Below, one piece after another: positions 40,001 through 51,952 of a DNA stretch of 64,000 nt; within the stretch, counting starts at the first letter, position 1; each line of letters starts with the position of its first letter. This stretch comes from Octopus sinensis (Eukaryota), in contig NC_043006.1 in NCBI RefSeq assembly GCF_006345805.1, forward strand, positions 22,754,001 to 22,818,000, read 5' to 3'. Under the pieces are notes generated by a model. The model was not told the DNA's origin. It saw only the letters and a list, made by a program, of their open reading frames with translations, and made no database searches. The position numbers and the translations under genes are program-made.

Positions 40001-40625
40001 TACACATGTAGTTGATTCTTTCAACTCTCAAAATGATCCCTTAATCATAGTTGACAGTTGTTGCTTGGGGGATCTAGATGAGGTTGGTGTTTTAAAAGCA
40101 TTGTAGTCAGAAAAAAAGTAACATTTGGAAAAATTGTAGGGAGCTATTACCATAACATAACTCTCAGGGTGATGGGCTGATTGAATGATGCTATTGTATG
40201 AAATGTGATGTGCAGAAATGAACATTGAAGGGTCTGTAAAGACTAAAAGAAAGTGAAGTTAGCATATTCCAGTAGATGTATATTGCTAAAGACTGTGAAC
40301 AATGCCTTGAATGAGCTGAGAGAGAAAAGCTGGATATAAGAAGGAAGAATCAAATATAATCTGCCAAAGAGAGAATGACAATGGCACAAGTATGTGATAC
40401 ATATAAAGGCTGTCAGTTGTATTAAGAAGTGTTTACTGTTTGATGTTGACAGAACTTGTAGAAGAAGAAAACCAAGGAAAATGTGGGATGAAGAAGTCAA
40501 AACTGATCTCAAGGTACTGAAACTCAAAAAAGATGACAAAGAACTGCAATATGTGATGATGTGGTGCTGGAGAAGACCCATCCACCCTTCCAAGCATAGC
40601 AAATGCGGATGTTAAAACGATGGTT
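37020..40625 (+). mobile_element. Old, highly decayed RTE-like LINE, interrupted by younger insertions
   Basis: Remnants such as PLYLAFADLGKA, EFKAGC and RRKPRKMWDEEVKTDL, and a 3' tail similar to family C. Boundaries are approximate. Confidence 0.6.
37990..38964 (+). mobile_element. Young 5'-truncated CR1/L2-like LINE (RT C-terminal half)
   Basis: GVPQGSVLGPLLFLVFINDL..LFADDIKL..LVRPILEYG..LERVQKLATR..RRRGDLI, open for about 240 codons with one frameshift near 38710. (TAAC)n tail; CTATTA flanks both ends. Confidence 0.92.
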
Positions 40626-42039
40626 ATGATAAAGTTTGTGCGTGTATATGGAATTCTCATTCATTATATTATTGTAAATCCTCCAAGGTGGCGAGCTGGA
40701 AGAAATGTTAGCGCGCCGGGTGAAATGCTTAGCGGTATTTTGTCTGCCGTTACGTTCTGCGTTCAAATTCTTCTGAGGTCGACTTTGCCTTTCATCCTTT
40801 CGGGGTCGATAAATTAAGCACTAGTTATGCACTGGAGTCAATGTAATCGACTTAATCTGTTTGTCTGTCCTTGTTTGTCCCCTCTGTGTTTAGCCCTTGT
40901 GAGTAGTAAAGAAATAGGTATTTCGTCTGTCTTTATTTTCTGAGTTCAAATTCTGCTGAGGTCGACTTTGCTTTTCATTCTTTCGAGGTCGATAAATTAA
41001 GTACCAGTTGCGTACTGGGGTCAATCTAATCGATTGACCCCCCTCCCACAAAATTTCAGGCCTTGTGCCTAGAGTAGAAAAGTATATTACTGGAAGGCCT
41101 TCATCTGCTGCACTCATCTACCATTTATTCTCTTATTCATTATGCATATCAGCTGTGTAATGGTAGATAGTACCAGATATTTTTGTATCCAATCTCCCTG
41201 CCCTCACAACTCTGGTATAATGAAGGACAACATCAAATCTGTCCACATTTCATAGCATTTACCATTTCTCTTCTATCTTGTTGGCCATCAATCTTTCTTT
41301 CCCATGTCAATCATTATTGACAACTGTTACAATGGCCATTTCTATTGCTGTCTGTCACTCAATCTCTATCTTTATTCTTACTAAATACAAACACAAACAC
41401 ACTCTTTCTCTGTCTTTCTCTCTTCCTTCCTCTATCACTTCTTAACATACTTCACTCTCTCTTTTCCATCACTCTGTTTTCCCCCATCATTCTCTCTTGC
41501 TGCATTACAACATTCATGCAATTTTCTATTCAATCTCTTTACCAACAATCGTCATGTAGCTGTCTATCACTATCCCTCTTCCACTAACACTCCTCTATCA
41601 CATTTCCACTCCTATCACTCAGTTTCTCCCATTATATTCACTCTCTTCTTTTCCTTTTTTAACCTAGTTCTTTCTGTCATCACTCTTTGCTCTGTTTATC
41701 CTCTGGGTCATGTTGCCATGAACAAATAGAGACAATATAACGTAGAGAGAACTCTTGAGTCTTGCAGGGGACAAAGCACCTCTCTAGTGCTGGCACCACA
41801 ATCAAATGCCTTCATTACTATCTTTAAAATAATAGGTAAATATTGGAGACAACATAAGCTTGAAATAAACCCTGTAAAATAGTTGGTATTAGGAAAAGCA
41901 CTCAGCCATAGAAACCATGCCAAAAATGGAGGATAAGAATTAAACTTGGTCTACCTAGCTAAGAAATGCAACAACAAACAGGAACTGACTCAGACTGAGA
42001 TGACCTGTCAGAAAATGATTATGACAACAATAACATAAA

Positions 42040-42222
42040 ACAATGGTGATGAAGATGAGAAGGACTAATGGCAACGGCAATGATGATTATGATGATAATG
42101 ACAATAATGATGATGATAGTTATGGCGAAGATGATGTTGATGATGACTACAGCAATGATGATAATGTTGATAATGATGATCATGATCATGATAGCAATGG
42201 TAATGATGATGATAATAATAGG
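42040..42222. repeat. Degenerate (GAT)n microsatellite
   Basis: Directly visible; gives spurious poly-D, poly-H and poly-I ORFs. Confidence 0.9.
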
Positions 42223-42620
42223 TACTTCGAAGTAGTTGTGGGTCAAATGTGCTGAGCTTGGTTTGATTCATTTTTTCAGTGTTGTAGATATTTGACAATT
42301 GTTTTTTTAACACTTTACAGATGGTAAGACACACATGCTTTATGTAGAATTTGATGGTACAAGTCTTTTGAAACACTGATGCTATAATTCCTGCTTCCAT
42401 ATTTTTTTTTTATCAATAATCAAAGCATGGCAGTTGGTTGGGTTCTTTTTTCAGGGTTGACCATAATGATGCGAGTAGCAAGTTTATGTGGACCATGAGA
42501 ATTTGAATGGTTTCTTGGTGTTTCCAAAGTAAAAAGGTATCACATACATATCTTTACTAAGCTGTGTAGAACATTCTAATGGTAAGACTTCAAAGTACTC
42601 TATGATGATCCTTGTTCTTA

Positions 42621-43373
42621 TTAATGATAAGAGTCAACCCATAGCCATCAATTCCACTTGTTGATAAACTTCTTCATAGACCATTAGCCATTCTCAAGCA
42701 CAATGACGACATATCTAGAGAAGAATCATTATATTAACTTTTAACATTTTGTTTTAAAAGTTTCTAAATCAAAAGCCCACTTCTGTGCTGATTTCGTTAT
42801 AGAACAGAAATCTCTCTCTATATAAACGGCAGTTTGTCTGTGCGTGTTTCTGTGTGTCTGTTTGCTTGTACCCTCACCCTGACCACGGCTTTCAACCGAT
42901 TCTGATGAAACTTGACACACACATAGCCCAATGTCATAATTCAAAACTAACGCAGCGAAAATTTTGAAAAGTTCCCCCAGTTCTGAAAAAAATCGATAAA
43001 TTCGACATGGGGTCGAGAATCAGAAACACAAACCGCAAACTGTCTAGGGGGCGCAACTCCACCTTTTTTTAACTAAAAAAAAATTTACCATCATTTTTTT
43101 CCATTTTTTTGGCTATAACTCTCTAAAAATGCTTTATAGTTATTTCCCTTACAAACCTGAGCAACACCGGGCGATACTGCTAGTTAATGATAAGAGTCAA
43201 CCCATAGCCATCAATTCCACTTATTGATAAACTTCTTCATAGACCATTAGCCATTCTCAAGCACAATGACGACATATCTAGAGAAGAATCATTATATTAA
43301 CTTTTAACATTTTGTTTTAAAAGTTTCTAAATCAAAAGCCCACTTCTGTGCTGATTTCGTTATAGAACAGAAA
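42621..43373. repeat. 190-bp direct duplication flanking a Helitron
   Basis: 42621-42810 matches 43184-43373, with one substitution seen. Confidence 0.95.
42811..43183 (+). mobile_element. Non-autonomous Helitron (373 bp)
   Basis: A|TC start and CTAG|T end; the last ~75 bp are nearly identical to the end of 909-2043. Confidence 0.8.
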
Positions 43374-43798
43374 TGAATGATAGAAGAAAGGAGTAGAATT
43401 TTCTCCTTTACGTTACTGTTCCCCCGATTTCTTTCAAAATGAATGTAAACAAGGTTGGTACAATTCTTGTGATATCATGCATTTCAGGATTGGCTGGCTG
43501 ATGCAGTCACATGTGGTACTGTGGCATATAGGAAGTTAAGAGCTAATCCAGTCATGCAGTCTTTAGTCTTTTAGTTGTCTGATTCTGGCAACTGATGCCT
43601 TACTCATGAAGTAACTGGAGATAGATGTGGTAATGATGTTAATGAGGAAATAGCTTCATAGATGGCATGTTGAGTCTCTTCAATTGTTTATAGATCTTAG
43701 AACTGATAACTCACATTCTGTTAATACAGTGGGGGGGTTTCTTAAACTAGTTGTTACCTCCCTTTGCAAGAACCCTCAGTTTATCAGTATGTTCTATC

Positions 43799-44206
43799 GG
43801 ATCTTATCGGTTTGAACAGCAGTTTTTTCTAGCGGTGTCATATGAAATTGTCACCCATAATTATGACCCTAGTATCGATCTATTGCATTTCAATCTACTT
43901 TAGGGTTAGGGTTAGGGGGAAGGGTATCTTTTTTTCTTCACAAATGTAAATAAACCCAATCTGTTTCTTAAACGAGGGACATATTCATACGGCACAGAAT
44001 GTTTTTACCTCAAATACGTCAGTGATTGGTTGAAATTGCAGAAATTGAAGAAAAAAACAACAAATATCTTACAAACCATAGAATTTTCTCAATAAAGCCA
44101 AGAGAAAAAGATGTTTTATAAACACATTCTACCAGTATACGAAATTAAAAATTTTTTAGTTACCTAGAAATTATGTTAAAAACTGGTGTTCTAACCGAAA
44201 TGATCC
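43799..44206. mobile_element. Non-autonomous DNA transposon with 9-bp TSD (Mutator-like) carrying TTAGGG repeats
   Basis: TSD TGTTCTATC at 43790-43798 and 44207-44215; imperfect ~29-bp TIRs GGATC...GATCC; (TTAGGG)3 at 43900-43917. Confidence 0.8.
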
Positions 44207-45286
44207 TGTTCTATCTTCTCCATGACTATGGTAAAATTATCTTTGTCTATAAATATATATTGTTACTATAGAGTCTCGATGACATAAGTTTCTTTTTGGA
44301 GATATAGGATCACTAAAATATATTTTGGAAGCCAAGCCTTCAATGACATGATCTAATGTATCCTTTTTCATTAAGATCACAAGATGTGATTTGAAAGACA
44401 TCATAATGGAGACTAAAAAACAGATTTCGAACTGTCCAAAAGAGTTAATCTGAGACTAGTCATAAGCAAATACAAGCATACCCCAACTTACATTGTTTCA
44501 AGTTACATCTTCTTCAATTTTACGTGTTTAAACCTCAACATAGTTGACTTATCCAAATTTGTCATCTCAATTTAAAAGCATAAAAATTCTTAAAACAACA
44601 TTTAAAAACTGAAGTGGAAAATCAAATAAAAAGCAGGTGAAAATAGAAACTAAGACATTTTTGAAATTATTTTTTTTCTTTATGTTACATCACTTTTTTT
44701 AGTTAAATCGCATCTCGTGGAACCAATAATGACATAACCTGAGGTATTCTTGTAGTTTGGTGGACACTTCATTTGGAACAATGATGTTTAAGTTAAGAAT
44801 CCACTTGAAACAGTCCATAGCCCTTTATTCTACATTGATTCTTCAAGTTCTGAGGTTGATGACTAAGTTTTCTAATTTAAGGTTGTTTTCTTTTTTTTTT
44901 TTTCAGAAATACTTTCCTTCTCAAGAACCTATAGTTTCCCCTGATATAGATCACCTTAATCTTCTCAGACGTTGTTAAACTGCACAATATCTTGGTATGT
45001 GTGGTCAAGATCACTCAACAATATTATCACAGTTTTAAAGGCAGAGAGCTGGCAGAATCGTTAGCATGCCAAGCAAAATACTCGGCCTCATTTTATCTGT
45101 CTTTACGTTCTGAATTCAAATTGTGTTGATGTCGACATTTACCTTCAGTCCTTTTGGAGTTGGTGAAATAAGTACCAGTTGAATGCTGGGATTCGATGTG
45201 GACCTATTTCCTGCACTGAACTTACTGGCCTAGTGCCAAAAGTTGAAACCAATATTACTGACGCTTCTGCTTTCTGTATTAAATTC

Positions 45287-45492
45287 GATCACATGTACTT
45301 TGATTTTGATCACATGTACTTTGATTTTGATCACATGTACTTTGATTTTGATCATATGTACTTTGATTTTGATCACATGTACTTTGATTTTGATCACATG
45401 TACTTTGATTTTGATCACATGTACTTTGATTTTGATCACATGTACTTTGATTTTGATCACATGTACTTTGATTTTGATCATATGTACTTTGA
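45287..45492. repeat. 21-bp minisatellite, about 10 units
   Basis: Unit GATCACATGTACTTTGATTTT; units 4 and 10 carry a C>T change. Confidence 0.95.
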
Positions 45493-45660
45493 CCCATGAT
45501 GTCAGTTTATGCTTTCTTTTAGAAATACAGGGCTAGCTCGTACTTTGGTCATTTTGATTTTTTAAGTATAAATGTAAACAAACATGCATGTGCACACAAA
45601 CTTAAACACACTTTTTTCAGTTTCCATTTACCAAGTCTACTCACAAGGCTTTGGTTGGCC

Positions 45661-45888
45661 AAAATCTCTCGTGGAAGCGTCATCCAACCAAAGTACAAAT
45701 ATATGGGAAATTACCACCTGTATCATCTCTTGTGAAAGGTAAAAGAGTCCAGTTTGCTGGACATTGTTGTAGAGCTGAAAACGAGGTAATTTTTACTCTT
45801 CTCCTCTGGAAGCCATCTGCTCGCGATACCAGAGGGCGCACACTCTCCTACTCTGATGTAATCTCCAGGGATACAGGCATCCAACAAC
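45661..45888 (+). mobile_element. RTE-like LINE C-terminal fragment
   Basis: NLSWKRHPTK..IYGKLPPVS..RVQFAGHCCR..LLLWKP..GRTLSY. Confidence 0.7.
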
Positions 45889-45899
45889 GAGTGGTGTCC

Positions 45900-46245
45900 T
45901 CACGTTGTTACCACATTTCGGCAATATATTCTCCAACCTTCAACAGGTATTCTGCTGGAATTTTGAGCCCAATCCTTTATTTGACTAATTGGGTACTCTG
46001 TTCTCATTCCTAAGGTATTCTTTTTTTTGCTGATGTTATTTTCTATTGATATTATTTCTTGGGTTCTGAGTTCAATCTCAGGCAGGGACTTGGGAGATAA
46101 AAAACATCAGTAAAGAAAAAAGAATATCTCAGGTATGAGAACAGAGTACCTCATTAATCAAATAAAAGGTTGAGTTCAAAATTCCACCAGAACACCTGAT
46201 GAAGACTGGAGAGTACATCAGCCAAAACGTTGTCATGACAACAAA
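45900..46245. mobile_element. Diverged inverted pair of Penelope-like terminal repeats, each with a decayed hammerhead core
   Basis: 45900-46045 is a diverged reverse complement of about 46095-46245. Plus arm CUGAUGA-AGACUG..CAGCC-AAAACGU; minus arm CUGUUGA-AGGUUG..GCC-GAAAUGU. Confidence 0.55.
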
Positions 46246-46802
46246 CAAGGACAGGACACCTAACTGTCCTTTGTAAATAATGTACATAATTCCTCATCTC
46301 AAAGATATAGAATAGCAAACAAAACTCAGTAACCAATATAATGATTTAACATAACATTTATTTAGTATTTGGGATATTTCACATAGAATCCATAGCACAA
46401 TGCTTTAGCTCTCTAGATCAAAGTTATTATATTTTTTTCTCACGTATCACGAATGTGACGCAAAAATTGTTCAATTGATCAGTTTGTGTTTAGTACCTAC
46501 CACTTTAGCAATGATAAATATAAACTAGACATTCCTAGCATGGATTCTAAATGTAGGAGATTGCAAAGAAAAAAAATTATATTTTTCAAAAAAAAAAATA
46601 TATATAAAAGGGCAAGGGTGTGGGGATAAAAACAAAATAAAAAAAAAAACATAAATAAATAAATAAAGGATAACCACATGAGAAAAAATATTAAAACAAC
46701 ATAGAAGCAAAATACAAGGAAATGTGTTTGGTTATAATAAATTTGTTTATATGTATAATTATGTAATAGTATAACACATGTTGAAACAACGAATATACAT
46801 AT

Positions 46803-46845
<43 letters not shown>

Positions 46846-47165
46846 ATAAGAGATATGTTTATGCTATGCTATTTTTTGTAAACAAAGGAAAAAAAAAACA
46901 AAAGAAAGTGCGTGATATATGCTTGTGTTAAAAATGTGCATTCGCTTGTGTGTTTGTGTAAGAATTCTAACTAGGGCACCAATCCTGTATTGCCATTTCA
47001 TTCGGTATGAATGTTATACACTACACAAGTGACGAGGATGACAGTTTCATATATCTATATACACACACATACACTTATATACATAAATACATATGTATAA
47101 ATATAGATATAAATATTTAAATAAATATATTTATGTATACATAAATATATATGTAGTTGTGTGTG

Positions 47166-47197
<32 letters not shown>

Positions 47198-48347
47198 CAT
47201 ATGTGTGTGTATATATGGTAGTTATATAAATATATATATATAGACATACATATGTTCTGTTAATCTTTTACTTGTTTCAGTCATTTGATTGCGGCCATGC
47301 TGGAGCGCCGCCTTTATACATATGTATGTATATGTATATATGTATGTATGTTAACATATCACTTGTATTCAAATATTTTAAAACATAATCTCATTATGTA
47401 ATAAAAAGGAGAATTATAACTGACCAATTAAAAGACCAATTATGTAGAGGAAGGGATAAAGCCAATTGAATGAAGTCCCAGTATATTACTGGTACTTAGA
47501 CTATTGACCCTGGACATAATAAAATGCAAAGTTAAGTCTGGTGGGGTATGGGGGCATTTTTAAATTTGAAGCTATGAAGTGGCAACTTTAATTATCCTAT
47601 TTATTATAATAACAGCATTAACATCAACAAAGAACAATAATAATAATAATAATAATAATAACGATAGTAATAATAACAATAATAATAATGATAATAATAA
47701 TAATGATAATATCACAATAGCTCCCTGCAATATGTTATGTCACTATATCATGGTGACAGTTCACATTTTGGTGCCAATTAAGAGACTTAAAATATTAAGA
47801 TGCCTAATTAACATTTTTTCTTATTTTCCTGTCATTTTTGGTTTTAAAAGAAATCAAAAACAAACAAACAAAAAAATCAATTTTGATGATGGCTTCTGTT
47901 ATGAATGAACTGTATGAAAAGAAATGAATGAACTGGTGTGATTGTTCTCATGTGACTATTAGTGATTCACATACACACACATGCAATACTTTCAGAAATA
48001 ATTACATACATACATACATACATGCATACATACATACATAGGCATACATATGCAACAGTAACATATTAATTTTGTGTCTTTTGGTTCTTTTAATTAGCGT
48101 GAGGAAAAGAGGTGGTACTTCATTAAGCTTACAAGTCACCGAAGGGATAAGCTTAAAGTTCAGACTGAGTCACTATGTGCCATGTGAACAACTAACATAT
48201 GCTTACAATGTATAAATTTTACACTGTCATATAAATGCATGGCATTTTATAACTAAGAGAAAATCTAAAAATATATTTTATTATAATGTGCAGCACCTAC
48301 ACTGTTTGTTTTTATGTAAAATTACATATAAAAACAAATGAATATTT

Positions 48348-48755
48348 GGCTGTGTGGTAAGTAGCTTGCTAACCAACCACATGGTTCCGGGTTCAGTCCC
48401 ACTGCGTGGCATCTTGGGCAAGTATCTTCTGCTATAGCTCCGGGCCAACCAATGCCTTGTGAGTGGATTTGGTAGACGGAAACTGAAAGAAGCCTGTCGT
48501 ATATATGTATATATATATATACAAGTGTGTGTGTGTGTATATGTTTGTGTGTCTGTGTTTGTCCCCCTAGCATTGCTTGACAACCGATGCTGGTGTGTTT
48601 ACGTCCCCGTCACTTAGTGGTTCGGCAAAAGAGACCGATAAATTAAGTACTGGGCTTTCAAAAAATAAGTCCCGGGGTCGATTTGCTTAACTAAAGGCTG
48701 TGCTTCAGCATGGCCGCAGTCAAATGACTGAAACAAGTAAAGGAGTAAAAAGAGT
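48348..48755 (+). mobile_element. SINE family A
   Basis: Near full-length copy. Confidence 0.85.
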
Positions 48756-49295
48756 ATACAATGTGTCAATATGTGAATCTCTTGGACCTTGAATCACTCT
48801 CTTACTTCTGCTAAATACTAATAAATATATATATTTTATTTATTTATTTAAAGGGCACAATACACGTACTTAAGCACTACTAATAGAGTTTCATATACTT
48901 CAGGAATAATACTTCTTTGTTGGAGATCTATATATATATATATATATACACTCTCGGAGTGGTTGGCGTTAGGAAGGGCATCCAGCTGTAGAAACTCTAT
49001 CAGATCAGATTGGAGTCTGGTTCACCAGACCTCGGTCAAATCGTCCAACCCATGCTAGCATGGAAAGCGGACGTTAAATGATGATATAACTGGTTGAATA
49101 AGCCTTCAAGCAAAACTTTGAATCCCATTCAATATATATATGAGGCCTTGGGCCAACAAGTTTTGGGATCTGACAGTGTGCCATAAAGCTCGGAAACCTA
49201 AAATAATCTCATAAACTGGCCTTCCCCATTTTTAATATATACTATTCTAAATCTTAGAATGTGCTTCTTCTTTCGGATTTATGTGTTTTACAGAC

Positions 49296-49326
<31 letters not shown>

Positions 49327-50852
49327 CTTGTCTTCCAGTTTGCTCTGTGATTTTTGAAGAGTGTGCATCATAAATCATAAAGCTGGTATGATGGCTTATA
49401 AGAGATACAAGCACAAGGTACTTGAATGAGTGACTGGGGCTTTTGTGCAGCGAAGTATACAGAAGAGTTCCATCAAACACACATATGTGGATGTGTGTAT
49501 ATATCAGAATAGTTGTCTTCTGTTCTTTTTCACAGAAATGGTTTCTGTATTCTGACACAAGAAATTTTTTTCTTTTTTTTTTTTCATGTCACACACTTCA
49601 TGTCTTGTTAGGTAAAGTGGTAGAATATGGAATTATTTGGTAGAATTTGTTTGCCAGGAATGTAGCACAAAGGAATTCAGAAACACATATTTTAGTGATA
49701 GAACAGTGCATATGTATAAGAGAGTTTGTGAGTGTGTGTGTGTGTGTTCTGTATGTATGTATGTGTGTGTAAATGCATGCACACATACAGAAATAATCCT
49801 TTCTTTTGTGGAGCTAATTGATTACATCAATTCTCAGCGCACAACTGGTTCTTATTTCAATGACCTCTGAGTGGATGAAAGGCAAAGTTGACCTCAGCGG
49901 AATATGAATTAAGAATATAAAAATGATTGAAACCCGCTAAGCAGTTTGTCTGGCATGCTAACAACTCTGCCAGCTCGCCACCTTCACACACACACACACA
50001 GAGTAATAAAACAATGTATATTGTAGAAATGTTTAATAGATGTTTCTAACTCATTTGTAAAGTATTTCCAATCTTCTATTTCATAGTTTTCACACTGTTT
50101 ACTAACATAGTATAATTTGTGCATTATTTCAAACAAGAAATATTTATTTTGCTCCACACACTGTTTTAATATGCTCACTGTTGCAGCTGCATGCATTGGA
50201 CCTCTTCCTCTCATAGAAGCACAAACATACACGCATACATACACAAACGTAACTCATACAATATACATGCTTACACATTTACCAACACTAATAAAGAAAG
50301 GAATCTAACAAAAGATTTGGTAATGTGGAAAGAAAAGAATATTGAAAAGTATAAAGTCTGTCTGATGAATAAAAAATAAAAATAAATACCAAGTAACTTG
50401 ATAAATGTAAATTGATTTTCTTTTAAAAATTAACAAAAAAAAAGAATATTTTACTCAAATTGGTATAAATTTTCCCTAAAGTCCTCTTCTCCAAAATGAT
50501 TCTACTACCAAATATTTTCTTTTATTTCAATGGTTTGTATTTGTATTTTGGTCAGAATTTTGTTTTCTTTATCAAATGAAATTGTTTTAAACATATTTTT
50601 ATTTCATATATTGTTTGTTTGTTAATTTTTTTTCATTTTGGCTTGTTTGTTCCACTATGGGGAAAACAATTCCTATGTAATAATTAATGATCGCACAGGT
50701 TGGTGAAGATGAGTCCAAGTTTTATTGCTCTGATGCAATGTGATGTGATGTGGTGTGTGAAAGTGATGTAATGCGACACGATGTAATGTAACGAACTGAT
50801 GCGTTGTGATGATGTGATGGTAAAACATCAGTATGTGTTTCCAGTGAATAAT

Positions 50853-50910
50853 TCAAGAGGTTTCGATGATTTGGTTCATGCCACATGGATATCCTATCCA
50901 GTTTGGTAAA
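50853..50910 (-). CDS. tim: Timeless, putative last coding exon
   Basis: TTTCTGTCCTCAG acceptor, phase 2 matching the previous exon; (D)LPNWIGYPCGMNQIIETS*. No recognisable homology; assigned by splice signal and phase. Confidence 0.6.
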
Positions 50911-51849
50911 CTGAGGACAGAAACAAAATGAAAGTTAAAAAAACAATTAAACCAAAGAGTAATGTTACTATGACAACACTAAGAGAATACTGCTATGGCA
51001 AATAACTAAATATTATTCAATTTGGTTAGCCTATAAAATGTTTCCAATTTAGACACGAAACCAGCAATTTTGAGTGATGAGCTTAGTTGATATCCACTAC
51101 AAGACACTGGTACTTAAATGGTCCTTTACTTTATTGGTCCTGAAAGGATGAAGGGCAAAGTTGACTTCCATGGTATTTAAGCTCAGAAAACACAGCAATA
51201 AAAGAAATATTGCAAGGCATCTGATCAGACTCCTTAAAAAATATGCACCAAAAGGCTCGTATGAGAACTTCTCTCATCATAACTATCAAAACACTAATCT
51301 AAGATCAATCATTTCAAAATTATGATGAACTATTAACTTAATTTCAACATATGGGCATCCAGTTATTCAAATTAGTGCACAAAGTGGCAGGGTATTCCAC
51401 AGTCACATATTTTCAGCCAGAATTAGCATGACACAGGTGTGACAACACTGGAGCTTTGAAATTCAGATAAAATCTGTCCAAAGAACTTCTGCATAGTTTC
51501 TATCAACCCAAATTAACTCAGAAGGTTCAGGTTGGTCTGAGGCTATGGTAAATTCACTTGTCCAAGATGCCATGCAGCAGTATCAAATCCAGGGACACAA
51601 GATTGCAAAGTAAACTTCTTAACCACTCAGTCAAAATGCACAGTTCCCTGTTGTCTGCAGTGGGAGCACTGAATAACTAACAAGTGTTTTATTAACTTCT
51701 GGGAAAAGTGAAAAATTCTCTTACGGGGGCTAGAGGAAACTAAAGGAACCAACCAATACTATATAGACAGCTAATTGTCTAAAAACTGCTAGTGGCTCAA
51801 GACAGGAGATAGCTGAAAGAAGACAGTGGAGGAGAAGACATATACTTAC

Positions 51850-51952
51850 TCAAAAGTTTTGTTTGATGAGACTGTGGTTTCAATATGCTCTGGATATCTT
51901 GAGAATGCTTTTGACATATTAAATCCCAGCGTATCATCCAAATTAGATTTGT
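51850..51952 (-). CDS. tim: Timeless exon (phase 1-2), C-terminal tail
   Basis: CTTTGTAG acceptor and GTAAGT donor; open frame (D)KSNLDDTLGFNMSKAFSRYPEHIETTVSSNKTF. Confidence 0.7.

Noticed and set aside
42019-42400. Poly-Asp, poly-His and poly-Ile ORFs (also 54.6-54.9 kb)
   Set aside because: (GAT)n microsatellite.
45179-45536. Repeat-protein ORFs (FDHMYFD)n and a possible CRISPR-like array
   Set aside because: Head-to-tail 21-mers with no spacers, no cas genes, a eukaryotic context and no splice support.
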